Below, one piece after another: positions 52,749 through 59,764 of a stretch of 64,000 nucleotides of DNA. Each line of letters begins with the position of its first letter. The stretch's first letter is position 1. The position numbers and the translations under genes were made by a program. The stretch comes from a virus: the IMG/VR virus record IMGVR_UViG_3300046787_000129, positions 32,001 through 96,000 of that record, one strand, 5' to 3'. The notes beneath the pieces were generated by a model. That model did not search any database, was not told the origin of the DNA, and saw nothing but the letters and a program-made list of their open reading frames with translations.

Positions 52749-54737
52749 ATTAATAAATTATTTAGGTTCAACCTGGCAGTATCAATAGCCTTCGGATCAT
52801 TATTTTTTGCTACTCCAGCCATAGCCGTAGAGTCAACTTTAGAAGAGGCCCAGGCAGCCTTAGTCGTCGCAGAGCAGTCAGCATCAGACGCAACAGCTGC
52901 ATTCTATACAGCAGCAGACAGTGCCACTGCAGCTGCCACAGCCAGAGACAATGCTGTAACTGCGTATGATCAGGCGGTAGCGGCCTGGGAGGCAACAAAA
53001 GTCACTCACCCAGGAACAACTTCAACTAGTACTCAGAACGTTGTTCAGAATGGCACCTTTGATAGTGCTTCTAACTGGACAAACGTCGTGGCAAGCAACA
53101 CAGTTTATACTGGTGGTGCCAACCCTATCATTTACAATGGAGCCCTAAAGGGATCATACACTGCTGGATACTATATTCAACAGACTGGGGTCTTCCCAAG
53201 TCCAACTAGACAAGTAACCTTTTCTGTAGACGTTTGGAATTACGATACAAACGAGGGGAATCGAATAAACAACCCAGACTACTATCGCATTGAGTTCCGC
53301 ACCTATAATGCTGCAGGTGCAAGACTAAACTATTACAACATTGAGTGGTCTCAGTGGCATGATCTGATGACCAGATCTGCATCCTATACACTATCTGACG
53401 ATGCTGTAAGGTGGGACATAGGCTTTAGAATGGCTGACGCTGGATACTGGGCTGGAGCATTTGGTCCAGTAATCGACAACGTTCGTCTGATTGCAACGAT
53501 GGGAACCACAACCCCAGAAACATATACTTATGGTGAACCAGAAACAGCTGCAAAGGATTCAGCATATCAAGACTTCATTTCTGCACAGTCAGCATCAAGC
53601 TTAGCAGACTTAGCAAGAAGTTCGGCACAGACCGCTTTGGACACTGCAACAGCAGAAGTTTCTAGACTTACTCAGCTAGTCTACAGCCTTACCCCTGTTC
53701 CAGTAATCACTCCACCAGCCGCAGGGGATTATTCTGCAGGTGAAGGTGGAACTATAGAGCTAACTGCTCCAGCAGGAAAGAAATTTTCTACCGTAACAGC
53801 CTGGTATGGATCACCTACAGACGTAGCTTGTGGAGGTGACGTATCTGCTCAGGTTAGCCAGATAATAAACGGGGCAACCTCTGTAATAGTTAATGCAGAC
53901 AACTCTCTAGGAGATACTTGTGGAGGAGTCGTAAAGGTATTAACCCTAAGTAACCTAACATATACAGACATCCCTGCAACATCGGTTGACACTACTGATC
54001 CAGTCGTTCCACCAGTAGTCACCCCACCAGTAATTGAGCCCCAGCCCCAACCACAGCCAATTCCACTTCCAGTAGTTCCGTCACCACCAGCAGAAACTCC
54101 TGTTATAATAGAACCAACACCTACCCCTACAGAGGAGCCAACAGTTGAGCCAACACCAGCCCCAACAGTGGATCCCACCCCAACCCCTACACCTACAGAA
54201 GAGCCAGCACCTGCACCTACGCAGAGCCAGGAACCTACTGAAGAGCCAACAGAGAATGTCGTACAGCCGTTACCAGAACCAGAGCCGTCAGCAACCACAG
54301 AAGTACAACCAGAACCTGAGCTATCTGTAGAAGAAGCGGTAGCTGAAATAGCTATCTTATCAGAGATAGTTCCAGAGAAGTTGACAGACGCACAAGCAGA
54401 AGAGCTAAAGGATGCGGCCATTACCGTATTGGACACAGCGGTTCAAGGATCAGCAGAGTATAACCAAGCACTAGAGGCCCTTGCTATTGTTGCTGAGGCA
54501 GACGACGTCGAGCTACCAGAAGAGCTAGCAGCTATTCCAGGTGCGGCAGCAGTCCTAGATGCCTTAAATAATCTAGGTAACATCGGTGCTGACATGAGCC
54601 CAAAGCAGCGTGAAGAGTCTGAAAAAATTGTTGTATCTGCCATTGTTGTTGGACAAGTTGCTCAGATGGCAACAGCGGCAGCTGCTTCGGCAGCGGTAAG
54701 TTCAAGTGGTTCATCAGGACCAAGAAGGAGAAACTAA
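52749..54737 (+). CDS. Exported multidomain lectin-like surface protein (662 aa if started at ATT 52749)
   Basis: Frame open from 52707; SD GGAGG 5 nt before ATT; signal peptide NKLFRFNLAVSIAFGSLFFATPAIA; CBM/FBA-like and Gal-lectin-like domains; Pro/Thr/Glu linker. Confidence 0.7.
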   Translation: MNKLFRFNLAVSIAFGSLFFATPAIAVESTLEEAQAALVVAEQSASDATAAFYTAADSATAAATARDNAVTAYDQAVAAWEATKVTHPGTTSTSTQNVVQNGTFDSASNWTNVVASNTVYTGGANPIIYNGALKGSYTAGYYIQQTGVFPSPTRQVTFSVDVWNYDTNEGNRINNPDYYRIEFRTYNAAGARLNYYNIEWSQWHDLMTRSASYTLSDDAVRWDIGFRMADAGYWAGAFGPVIDNVRLIATMGTTTPETYTYGEPETAAKDSAYQDFISAQSASSLADLARSSAQTALDTATAEVSRLTQLVYSLTPVPVITPPAAGDYSAGEGGTIELTAPAGKKFSTVTAWYGSPTDVACGGDVSAQVSQIINGATSVIVNADNSLGDTCGGVVKVLTLSNLTYTDIPATSVDTTDPVVPPVVTPPVIEPQPQPQPIPLPVVPSPPAETPVIIEPTPTPTEEPTVEPTPAPTVDPTPTPTPTEEPAPAPTQSQEPTEEPTENVVQPLPEPEPSATTEVQPEPELSVEEAVAEIAILSEIVPEKLTDAQAEELKDAAITVLDTAVQGSAEYNQALEALAIVAEADDVELPEELAAIPGAAAVLDALNNLGNIGADMSPKQREESEKIVVSAIVVGQVAQMATAAAASAAVSSSGSSGPRRRN

Positions 54738-54925
54738 TGAAGAAAATTCTAGACGGAGTTACTAATCTAGTTAGAGATATACTCGACCAGGCCTGGACCC
54801 TTGTTGGTCTTGCAATTGGTTGGCTAGTTTTGGAGGGCAGTGCAAAGACTGTAACCGCAAACCTAGTTATAGGAACTCTACTAATATGGATAGTAACCTA
54901 TCGTATTCGTAATCCAAAAGAGTAG
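54737..54925 (+). CDS. Small two-TM membrane protein
   Basis: Two hydrophobic segments; SD AAGGAG. Confidence 0.7.
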   Translation: MKKILDGVTNLVRDILDQAWTLVGLAIGWLVLEGSAKTVTANLVIGTLLIWIVTYRIRNPKE

Positions 54926-54938
54926 TTATAATAGTAAC

Positions 54939-55214
54939 ATGAAAAAAACCCTAATTTCATCAGTTCTACTTGTCGCAACCTTGTCACTATCTGGTTGCGG
55001 ATGGAGCGGTTATTACCGTTATCCATGCCAAGATCCAGTGAACTGGAATGCAACAGAGTGTAAGCCACCTATCTGCACGGCCAATGGATGGTGTTCACCA
55101 GACCTTCTAGGGTTTGATCCAAATGCACCTGTAGAGACCGTAGCTCCTACAGACCCTACAGTCGTTGATGAGACAGTTGTAGATACTACCACAGGAGAAG
55201 AAACCAATGGCTAA
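54939..55214 (+). CDS. Lipoprotein
   Basis: MKK-hydrophobic-LSGC lipobox; four further Cys; ATG 6 nt after TATAAT. Confidence 0.75.
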   Translation: MKKTLISSVLLVATLSLSGCGWSGYYRYPCQDPVNWNATECKPPICTANGWCSPDLLGFDPNAPVETVAPTDPTVVDETVVDTTTGEETNG

Positions 55215-55488
55215 GGAAAAATATACGCCACAAGACCTAGATGCTAGACTGAAGTTTACCATTGGTATTACTTTAGGAGCAGTTCTATTTGTAACTGTTA
55301 TAGCAATCCTTTATGGTCTTATCTTTGTCACACAGCCTATTGGTGCTCAGGCAGAGAACGATAAGATGTTCTTCAACGTTCTATCAAGCATTGCTACGTT
55401 CATCACTGGTGCACTTGCAGGACTAATGGTTGGTGCCAAGGGCCAAGACGGAGCATCGGCAGTTACAGAAGAGCCAACAGAGTTCTAA
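55207..55488 (+). CDS. Two-TM membrane protein (holin candidate)
   Basis: Two long hydrophobic helices; overlaps the lipoprotein gene. Confidence 0.6.
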   Translation: MAKEKYTPQDLDARLKFTIGITLGAVLFVTVIAILYGLIFVTQPIGAQAENDKMFFNVLSSIATFITGALAGLMVGAKGQDGASAVTEEPTEF

Positions 55489-55505
55489 AAACTTTTTAAA
55501 AACAC

Positions 55506-55557
55506 TTGACAACCCTTTCTAGGAACCGTATACTTGATATACAACCTAGAGAGGGTT
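55506..55557 (+). promoter_or_regulatory. Sigma70-type promoter overlapped by a 13-bp inverted repeat
   Basis: TTGACA-17-TATACT; AACCCTTTCTAGG / CCTAGAGAGGGTT. Confidence 0.7.
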
Positions 55558-55563
55558 TTCAAA

Positions 55564-55755
55564 TTGAGTGAAGATATTATTATTCTAGACAAAGAAGAAG
55601 TCTGGAAGTGGCTAGATATCGGTATTGCCAATGGCTGGATATCAGAGCCTTTCTGCTATACGCATGATGGCGATCCATACATGACAGAAGAAGAAGAAAA
55701 AGAATGGGAAGACGGCGGAGATCCGTGTGCCCCAGTAATCAAAGTTTTAGTATAG
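55564..55755 (+). CDS. Small hypothetical protein
   Basis: W...GIANGWIS.P.C.THDG.P...GGDPC pattern. Confidence 0.65.
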   Translation: MSEDIIILDKEEVWKWLDIGIANGWISEPFCYTHDGDPYMTEEEEKEWEDGGDPCAPVIKVLV

Positions 55756-55756
55756 G

Positions 55757-56635
55757 ATGGGTATGAAGAAGAGTCTTGCAATTGCCACTGGTATCGTACT
55801 GCTATCAGCAATCACAGCCCCAGTACAGGCTGCAGAAAAGCCAACGGTAGCAATTATCGATAGCGGATTCAATACATCACTAATCAATAACGTAGTTGCA
55901 GAGGTATGTATTGTAAAGCTTACATATGGATGTAACAACGGAAAGCTATTTGATGATTCAGTAGGCTCTACTGGAACCAGCATTCCAATTCTAAAGAACT
56001 GGAAGTCAGAATGGGACCATGGAACCAAGATGGCTGGTGTAGTTAACCAAGTAAATCCAGATGCAAATGTATTGCTGATTCGAAATGCACTTGTGTTAAA
56101 GTCTGGTGCAGTTAATATGGGTGGGGAAATTGAATTTGGCCTTGCTCTTGACTGGGTAATTGCAAACAAGCAGAAGTACAACATTCAGGCTGTTTCATTT
56201 TCTCGTGGATCAAACGTTAAGACAAAGACTGGCGTATGTCCAATTGAAAAGGGGTTGCAGTCTAAGATTGTAAGCCTACAGTCTGCAGGAGTTCCAACGA
56301 TTATTGCTGCAGGAAATGACAGGGACAAGGTTAACGTTAGTTATCCTGCTTGTATTCCAGAGGCAGTAGCTATTGGTGGCATCTTCTCTGCTAGCTACAC
56401 TCCAAAGGTGTGGTCATCATATTATAAGACGCTAGGAACAAACGACGGTGTTGCTCTAGACTTCTTTGCCTATGGTAACTTCAAGACCCCTGCTGGTCCT
56501 GTAGCAGAGTCTACATCATCTTCAGCAGCTGCATTTGCAGGGTACTGGAGTAAGGTCTCAAATGGAAATTACTTTGAAACTTATGAAAAACTTTCAAAAA
56601 GTACTAGTAATAAATTCATCAATGTGCTAAACTAG
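55757..56635 (+). CDS. Secreted subtilisin-like (S8) protease
   Basis: Signal peptide; VAIIDSG, HGTKMA, AAGND, YPAC; atypical Ser motif ESTSS. Confidence 0.8.
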   Translation: MGMKKSLAIATGIVLLSAITAPVQAAEKPTVAIIDSGFNTSLINNVVAEVCIVKLTYGCNNGKLFDDSVGSTGTSIPILKNWKSEWDHGTKMAGVVNQVNPDANVLLIRNALVLKSGAVNMGGEIEFGLALDWVIANKQKYNIQAVSFSRGSNVKTKTGVCPIEKGLQSKIVSLQSAGVPTIIAAGNDRDKVNVSYPACIPEAVAIGGIFSASYTPKVWSSYYKTLGTNDGVALDFFAYGNFKTPAGPVAESTSSSAAAFAGYWSKVSNGNYFETYEKLSKSTSNKFINVLN

Positions 56636-56660
56636 ATTAACAGTATGATATACTGTTAAT

Positions 56661-57092
56661 ATGAAAATATGCGTTAGATGTAATCAGGAAAAAGAATTAG
56701 AGCTTTTTGCCAAAGGTAAAAACTATAAAGATGGAAGACGTGGCACTTGTAAGCAATGTCATTCTAACTATATGGTGGAGTATTACAATAATAACGATGA
56801 ACAAAGAAAAATTAAAAATAAGATAAACTCTGGCAAAGATTTTAATTGGAAAAGGCATCGTATTTCTAAAGAATTATTTGAAGAGATGGTTGCAAAATTT
56901 GATGGCAAGTGTTATACTTGTAATATAAATAAGGCTACAAATATAGACCACGATCATTCTTGTTGTTCTGGACAAAGAAGTTGTGGTAAATGTATTCGTG
57001 GCATACTTTGTAGTCAGTGCAATACGGCTTTGGGATTAGTTAAAGATTCCAAAGAAGTATTACAAAATTTAATACAATATTTAAGCAATTAA
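56661..57092 (+). CDS. Endonuclease VII-type HNH, probable free-standing homing endonuclease
   Basis: CVRC, CKQC, CYTC, IDHDH, RGILCSQCNTALG; visibly more AT-rich than its neighbours. Confidence 0.85.
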   Translation: MKICVRCNQEKELELFAKGKNYKDGRRGTCKQCHSNYMVEYYNNNDEQRKIKNKINSGKDFNWKRHRISKELFEEMVAKFDGKCYTCNINKATNIDHDHSCCSGQRSCGKCIRGILCSQCNTALGLVKDSKEVLQNLIQYLSN

Positions 57093-57096
57093 ATAT

Positions 57097-57167
57097 TGCC
57101 CTATAGTTAAAAGGCATAACGAGCGGCTGTTAACCGCTGATTCTTGGTTCGAGTCCAGGTGGGGCAG
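57097..57167 (+). tRNA. tRNA-Asn(GTT)
   Basis: Acceptor TGCCCTA/TGGGGCA; anticodon arm AGCGG-CTGTTAA-CCGCT; T loop TTCGAGT. Confidence 0.9.
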
Positions 57168-57189
57168 CTAATAACTAAATAGAGATCTT

Positions 57190-57263
57190 ATCAGAGTAGA
57201 GCAGTTAGGAAGCTCGCCAGGCTCATAACCTGGAGGTCGTAGGTTCAAATCCTACCTCTGAAA
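57190..57263 (+). tRNA. tRNA-Met(CAT), initiator-like
   Basis: CCAGG-CTCATAA-CCTGG; 1:72 mismatch; A11:U24; T loop TTCAAAT. Confidence 0.88.
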
Positions 57264-57314
57264 CTAATGGTTCCGCTTGCACCACTTCCAGGGTATGGGA
57301 TAAAAGCAAGCAAT

Positions 57315-57385
57315 GCGAATGTTGCATAGTGGTAGTGCCCCATCCTTCCAAGTTGGTGGTGCGAGTTCGATTCTCGCCATTCGCT
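57315..57385 (+). tRNA. tRNA-Gly(TCC)
   Basis: Acceptor GCGAATG/CATTCGC; loop CTTCCAA; GCGAG-TTCGATT-CTCGC. Confidence 0.88.
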
Positions 57386-57398
57386 CTATAGGCTAATC

Positions 57399-57464
57399 AC
57401 CTATACGCATGAGGAAGTTGTTAAATTTCTCGGTTCTAAGTGACTTTATACTTAGCGTGTAGGT
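57399..57464 (+). ncRNA. Putative structured RNA (three-way junction)
   Basis: ACCTATACGC/GCGTGTAGGT closing stem enclosing two hairpins. Confidence 0.45.
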
Positions 57465-57549
57465 AATCTCACGATATAGGTTCGGGGCTGGTCACCTGTC
57501 TTACGGAACGACTCAGGGATATAGATCTGATTAATCTGATATCCCACCT

Positions 57550-57616
57550 GGATAGATGGTGTAATGGCAACACAGCATTGATCAGCAAGTTGGGAGTTCG
57601 ACTCTCCCTCTGTCCA
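57550..57616 (+). ncRNA. tRNA-like RNA / pseudo-tRNA with truncated anticodon arm
   Basis: Acceptor GGATAGA/TCTGTCC, D arm GTGT-AATGGCA-ACAC, T arm GGGAG-TTCGACT-CTCCC; only 18 nt between the D and T arms. Confidence 0.7.
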
Positions 57617-57716
57617 CGACTTATGTCTGCGGTTCGTAATTGTTCAGCACCTCGAAAGAGATTAAGCCATAAGCCATCAAGGCTCGCCAGAGCCCGTGTA
57701 TGCGAATCTGGCACTA

Positions 57717-57790
57717 GGCTTCATAGCTCAATTGGTTAGAGCACCGCCCTGTCACGGCGGAGGTTGACGGTTCAAGTCCGTTTGGAGTCG
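57717..57790 (+). tRNA. tRNA-Asp(GTC)
   Basis: CCGCC-CTGTCAC-GGCGG; D arm GCTC/GAGC; T loop TTCAAGT. Confidence 0.92.
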
Positions 57791-57900
57791 CTCGAAGCAT
57801 AGGTCTGAACAACTTATGTGTAGATCGTATATCTGAAGATTACACTGTTCCAGCCGTGGAGTGAAGGCGTTCAGGCCCACAGACTTTGTGTTGAAGCGAG
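57791..57900 (+). ncRNA. Putative multibranch structured RNA
   Basis: GGTCTGAAC/GTTCAGGCC 9-bp stem enclosing two hairpins; outer CTCG/CGAG. Confidence 0.4.
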
Positions 57901-57962
57901 AACTAGGATATACAGCCAGTAGGAATGAACCCTTAACCAAAAGGTGACCATGACTGGCAAAC

Positions 57963-58034
57963 GCCTCCTTAGCTCAGTGGTAGAGCAGCTCACTTGTAAT
58001 GAGCAGGTCGTCAGTTCAATCCTGACAGGTGGCT
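57963..58034 (+). tRNA. tRNA-Thr(TGT)
   Basis: GCTCA-CTTGTAA-TGAGC; GTCAG-TTCAATC-CTGAC. Confidence 0.92.
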
Positions 58035-58063
58035 CTGAAACAATTAAATAGAAGGAGGAAATC

Positions 58064-58939
58064 ATGGCCAAGGCACAATTTCCAATTGACGGCAAACTCG
58101 GAAAAGATTTTAAAGTCACCTCACTAATGGGTTATAGAATTCACCCAGTTAAAAAAGTAAAGAAGCACCACAACGGTACAGACATCTGGTCTCCACATGA
58201 GCCATGCTGGATCGAAGCTCCATATGACTGTGTAGTCTTGGAGGCAAAGAAGTCAACTGCACCTGGCGGTGGCTTTGGTAACTATGTAGTTATCCTAATG
58301 AAGATCAATGGCAAGTTCTATACTTCGCTATTTGCACACATGCAGGATGGCTCTATCAAGGTTAAGAAGGGTCAGAAGATCCCTGCAGGAACTCCACTTG
58401 GTAAGATGGGCACTACTGGTATGTCTACTGGTAAGCACCTCCACTGGGAGCTTCGTCTTGGAAAGGTTCACACCTGGAACGACACTGGCAAGGACTACAT
58501 TGAGCCTATTGGCTTCTTCAAGGCTCTGATTGCTATGGAGGCTTCTATTGCCTCTGCTCCAGTCCTTGGAAACGATACCGTAGTTGCACCAGCACCTACC
58601 CACAATGCAGCAACAGCTGCAAAGGTAGAGGCTGAACGCAAGGGTATTGCTCCAGCAGCTAAGCCTGCTGCTAAGCCTGTGGTTAAGCCAGTTGCAAAAC
58701 CAGCAGCTGTAGCAAAGCCAGTAGCTGTTGCCTCTGCAAAGCCTGCCCTAAAGGGAGAGCTTAAGCTAGGAACAAAGAATGGTCTTGTAACTTACCTACA
58801 GAAGTCTCTAAAGGTGACTGGAGATGTTGCTGGAACCTTTGGGCCAAATACAGCGAAGGCAGTGTCAGCACTACAGAAGGCTAATGGGCTGAAGGCTGAT
58901 GGAGTTGTTGGTCCACTAACTTGGAGTAAGATTAAATAA
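58064..58939 (+). CDS. Endolysin: M23 peptidase plus peptidoglycan-binding domain
   Basis: HNGTD, GFGNYV, FAHM, STGKHLHWE; AKP-rich linker; LQKANGLKADGVVGPLTW. Confidence 0.9.
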   Translation: MAKAQFPIDGKLGKDFKVTSLMGYRIHPVKKVKKHHNGTDIWSPHEPCWIEAPYDCVVLEAKKSTAPGGGFGNYVVILMKINGKFYTSLFAHMQDGSIKVKKGQKIPAGTPLGKMGTTGMSTGKHLHWELRLGKVHTWNDTGKDYIEPIGFFKALIAMEASIASAPVLGNDTVVAPAPTHNAATAAKVEAERKGIAPAAKPAAKPVVKPVAKPAAVAKPVAVASAKPALKGELKLGTKNGLVTYLQKSLKVTGDVAGTFGPNTAKAVSALQKANGLKADGVVGPLTWSKIK

Positions 58940-59116
58940 ATGGCAACATATGAATACCAGTGTGTAGAATGTGAAACTAAATTAGTAGTGAGCAGAAGCA
59001 TATCAGAATCAGATCCTGGATATTTTTGTGAGACTTGCGGAAATAGAATGAATAGGGTATACTCAATGAGTAACCCTGTTTTCAAGGGTAGTGGATTCTA
59101 TAGAACGGATAAGTAG
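58940..59116 (+). CDS. FmdB-family Zn-ribbon protein (58 aa, absent from the ORF track)
   Basis: YEYQCVEC...CETCG...FKGSGFYRTD. Confidence 0.85.
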   Translation: MATYEYQCVECETKLVVSRSISESDPGYFCETCGNRMNRVYSMSNPVFKGSGFYRTDK

Positions 59117-59349
59117 TGTCAGAGACAGTAGAGTGGGTACTTACTGCTAACGATCGTTGCGACAGTTGCGGAGCACAGGCGTACGTCCAGGTAACAGGAG
59201 TTACTGGAGACCTTGTGTTCTGCAACCATCACTATAACAAGATTATGGACAGTACCACTGGGTACGAGAAGATGATGAATTTTGCTTATAATATTCTTGA
59301 CGAGAGAGAAAGACTTGTTGAGAATAGACTAGTAGGAAGTGACAGATAA
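59116..59349 (+). CDS. Small Zn-binding protein of actinobacterial type
   Basis: LTANDRCDSCGAQAY...LVFCNHH...DER. Confidence 0.75.
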   Translation: MSETVEWVLTANDRCDSCGAQAYVQVTGVTGDLVFCNHHYNKIMDSTTGYEKMMNFAYNILDERERLVENRLVGSDR

Positions 59350-59753
59350 TGTTTGAATATTTTGTCAAAGAAGTAACCAACGTAGTAGATGGAGATACCA
59401 TTGACGTTGTAATCGATCTAGGATTCGATATTAGTTTTAGCTCACGTGTACGCCTAGCAGGCATTGATACTCCAGAGTCACGCACTACTGATAAGGTAGA
59501 GAAGGCCCTAGGCCTTGAGTCCAAGGAATATCTAAAAAAGACTATTAAGGCTGCAAAGACTGTTGTTATTAAGACTGAGAAGATGGACTCATCTGAGAAG
59601 TATGGTCGTATCCTTGGTTGGGTATATCTAGATGGTTCTGGTAACTCGATCAACAACGAAATGATTGAGAAGGGCTACGCCTGGGGGTACCTAGGAGACA
59701 CCAAGGTTAAGGACTTTGAAGCACTTGCCAAAGCACGTGCACTCCACAAGTAG
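59349..59753 (+). CDS. Thermonuclease (SNase) family nuclease
   Basis: VVDGDTI, VRLAGIDTPE, KYGRILG, INNEMIEKGYA. Confidence 0.9.
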   Translation: MFEYFVKEVTNVVDGDTIDVVIDLGFDISFSSRVRLAGIDTPESRTTDKVEKALGLESKEYLKKTIKAAKTVVIKTEKMDSSEKYGRILGWVYLDGSGNSINNEMIEKGYAWGYLGDTKVKDFEALAKARALHK

Positions 59754-59764
59754 TATAATTAATC

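Noticed and set aside
52744-52788. 14-codon ORF from ATG 52744 as the real start, with a frameshift
   Set aside because: The ATG abuts the SD with no spacing; the in-frame ATT has proper spacing and gives the signal peptide
53990-54320. Tandem DNA repeat array
   Set aside because: It is a low-complexity Pro/Thr/Glu linker within a CDS
57574-57591. Opal suppressor or Sec tRNA (TCA in the mimic loop), implying recoding
   Set aside because: The loop is only 5 nt, there is no long variable arm, and genes read normally in code 11 with TGA used as stop
57264-57962. Hammerhead or theta/HDV-like ribozymes or tmRNA in the tRNA spacers
   Set aside because: No CUGANGA/GAAA core, no complete P1-P2-P3 nested pseudoknot at tRNA 3' ends, and no Ala acceptor with a tag ORF found by eye; a covariance search is still needed
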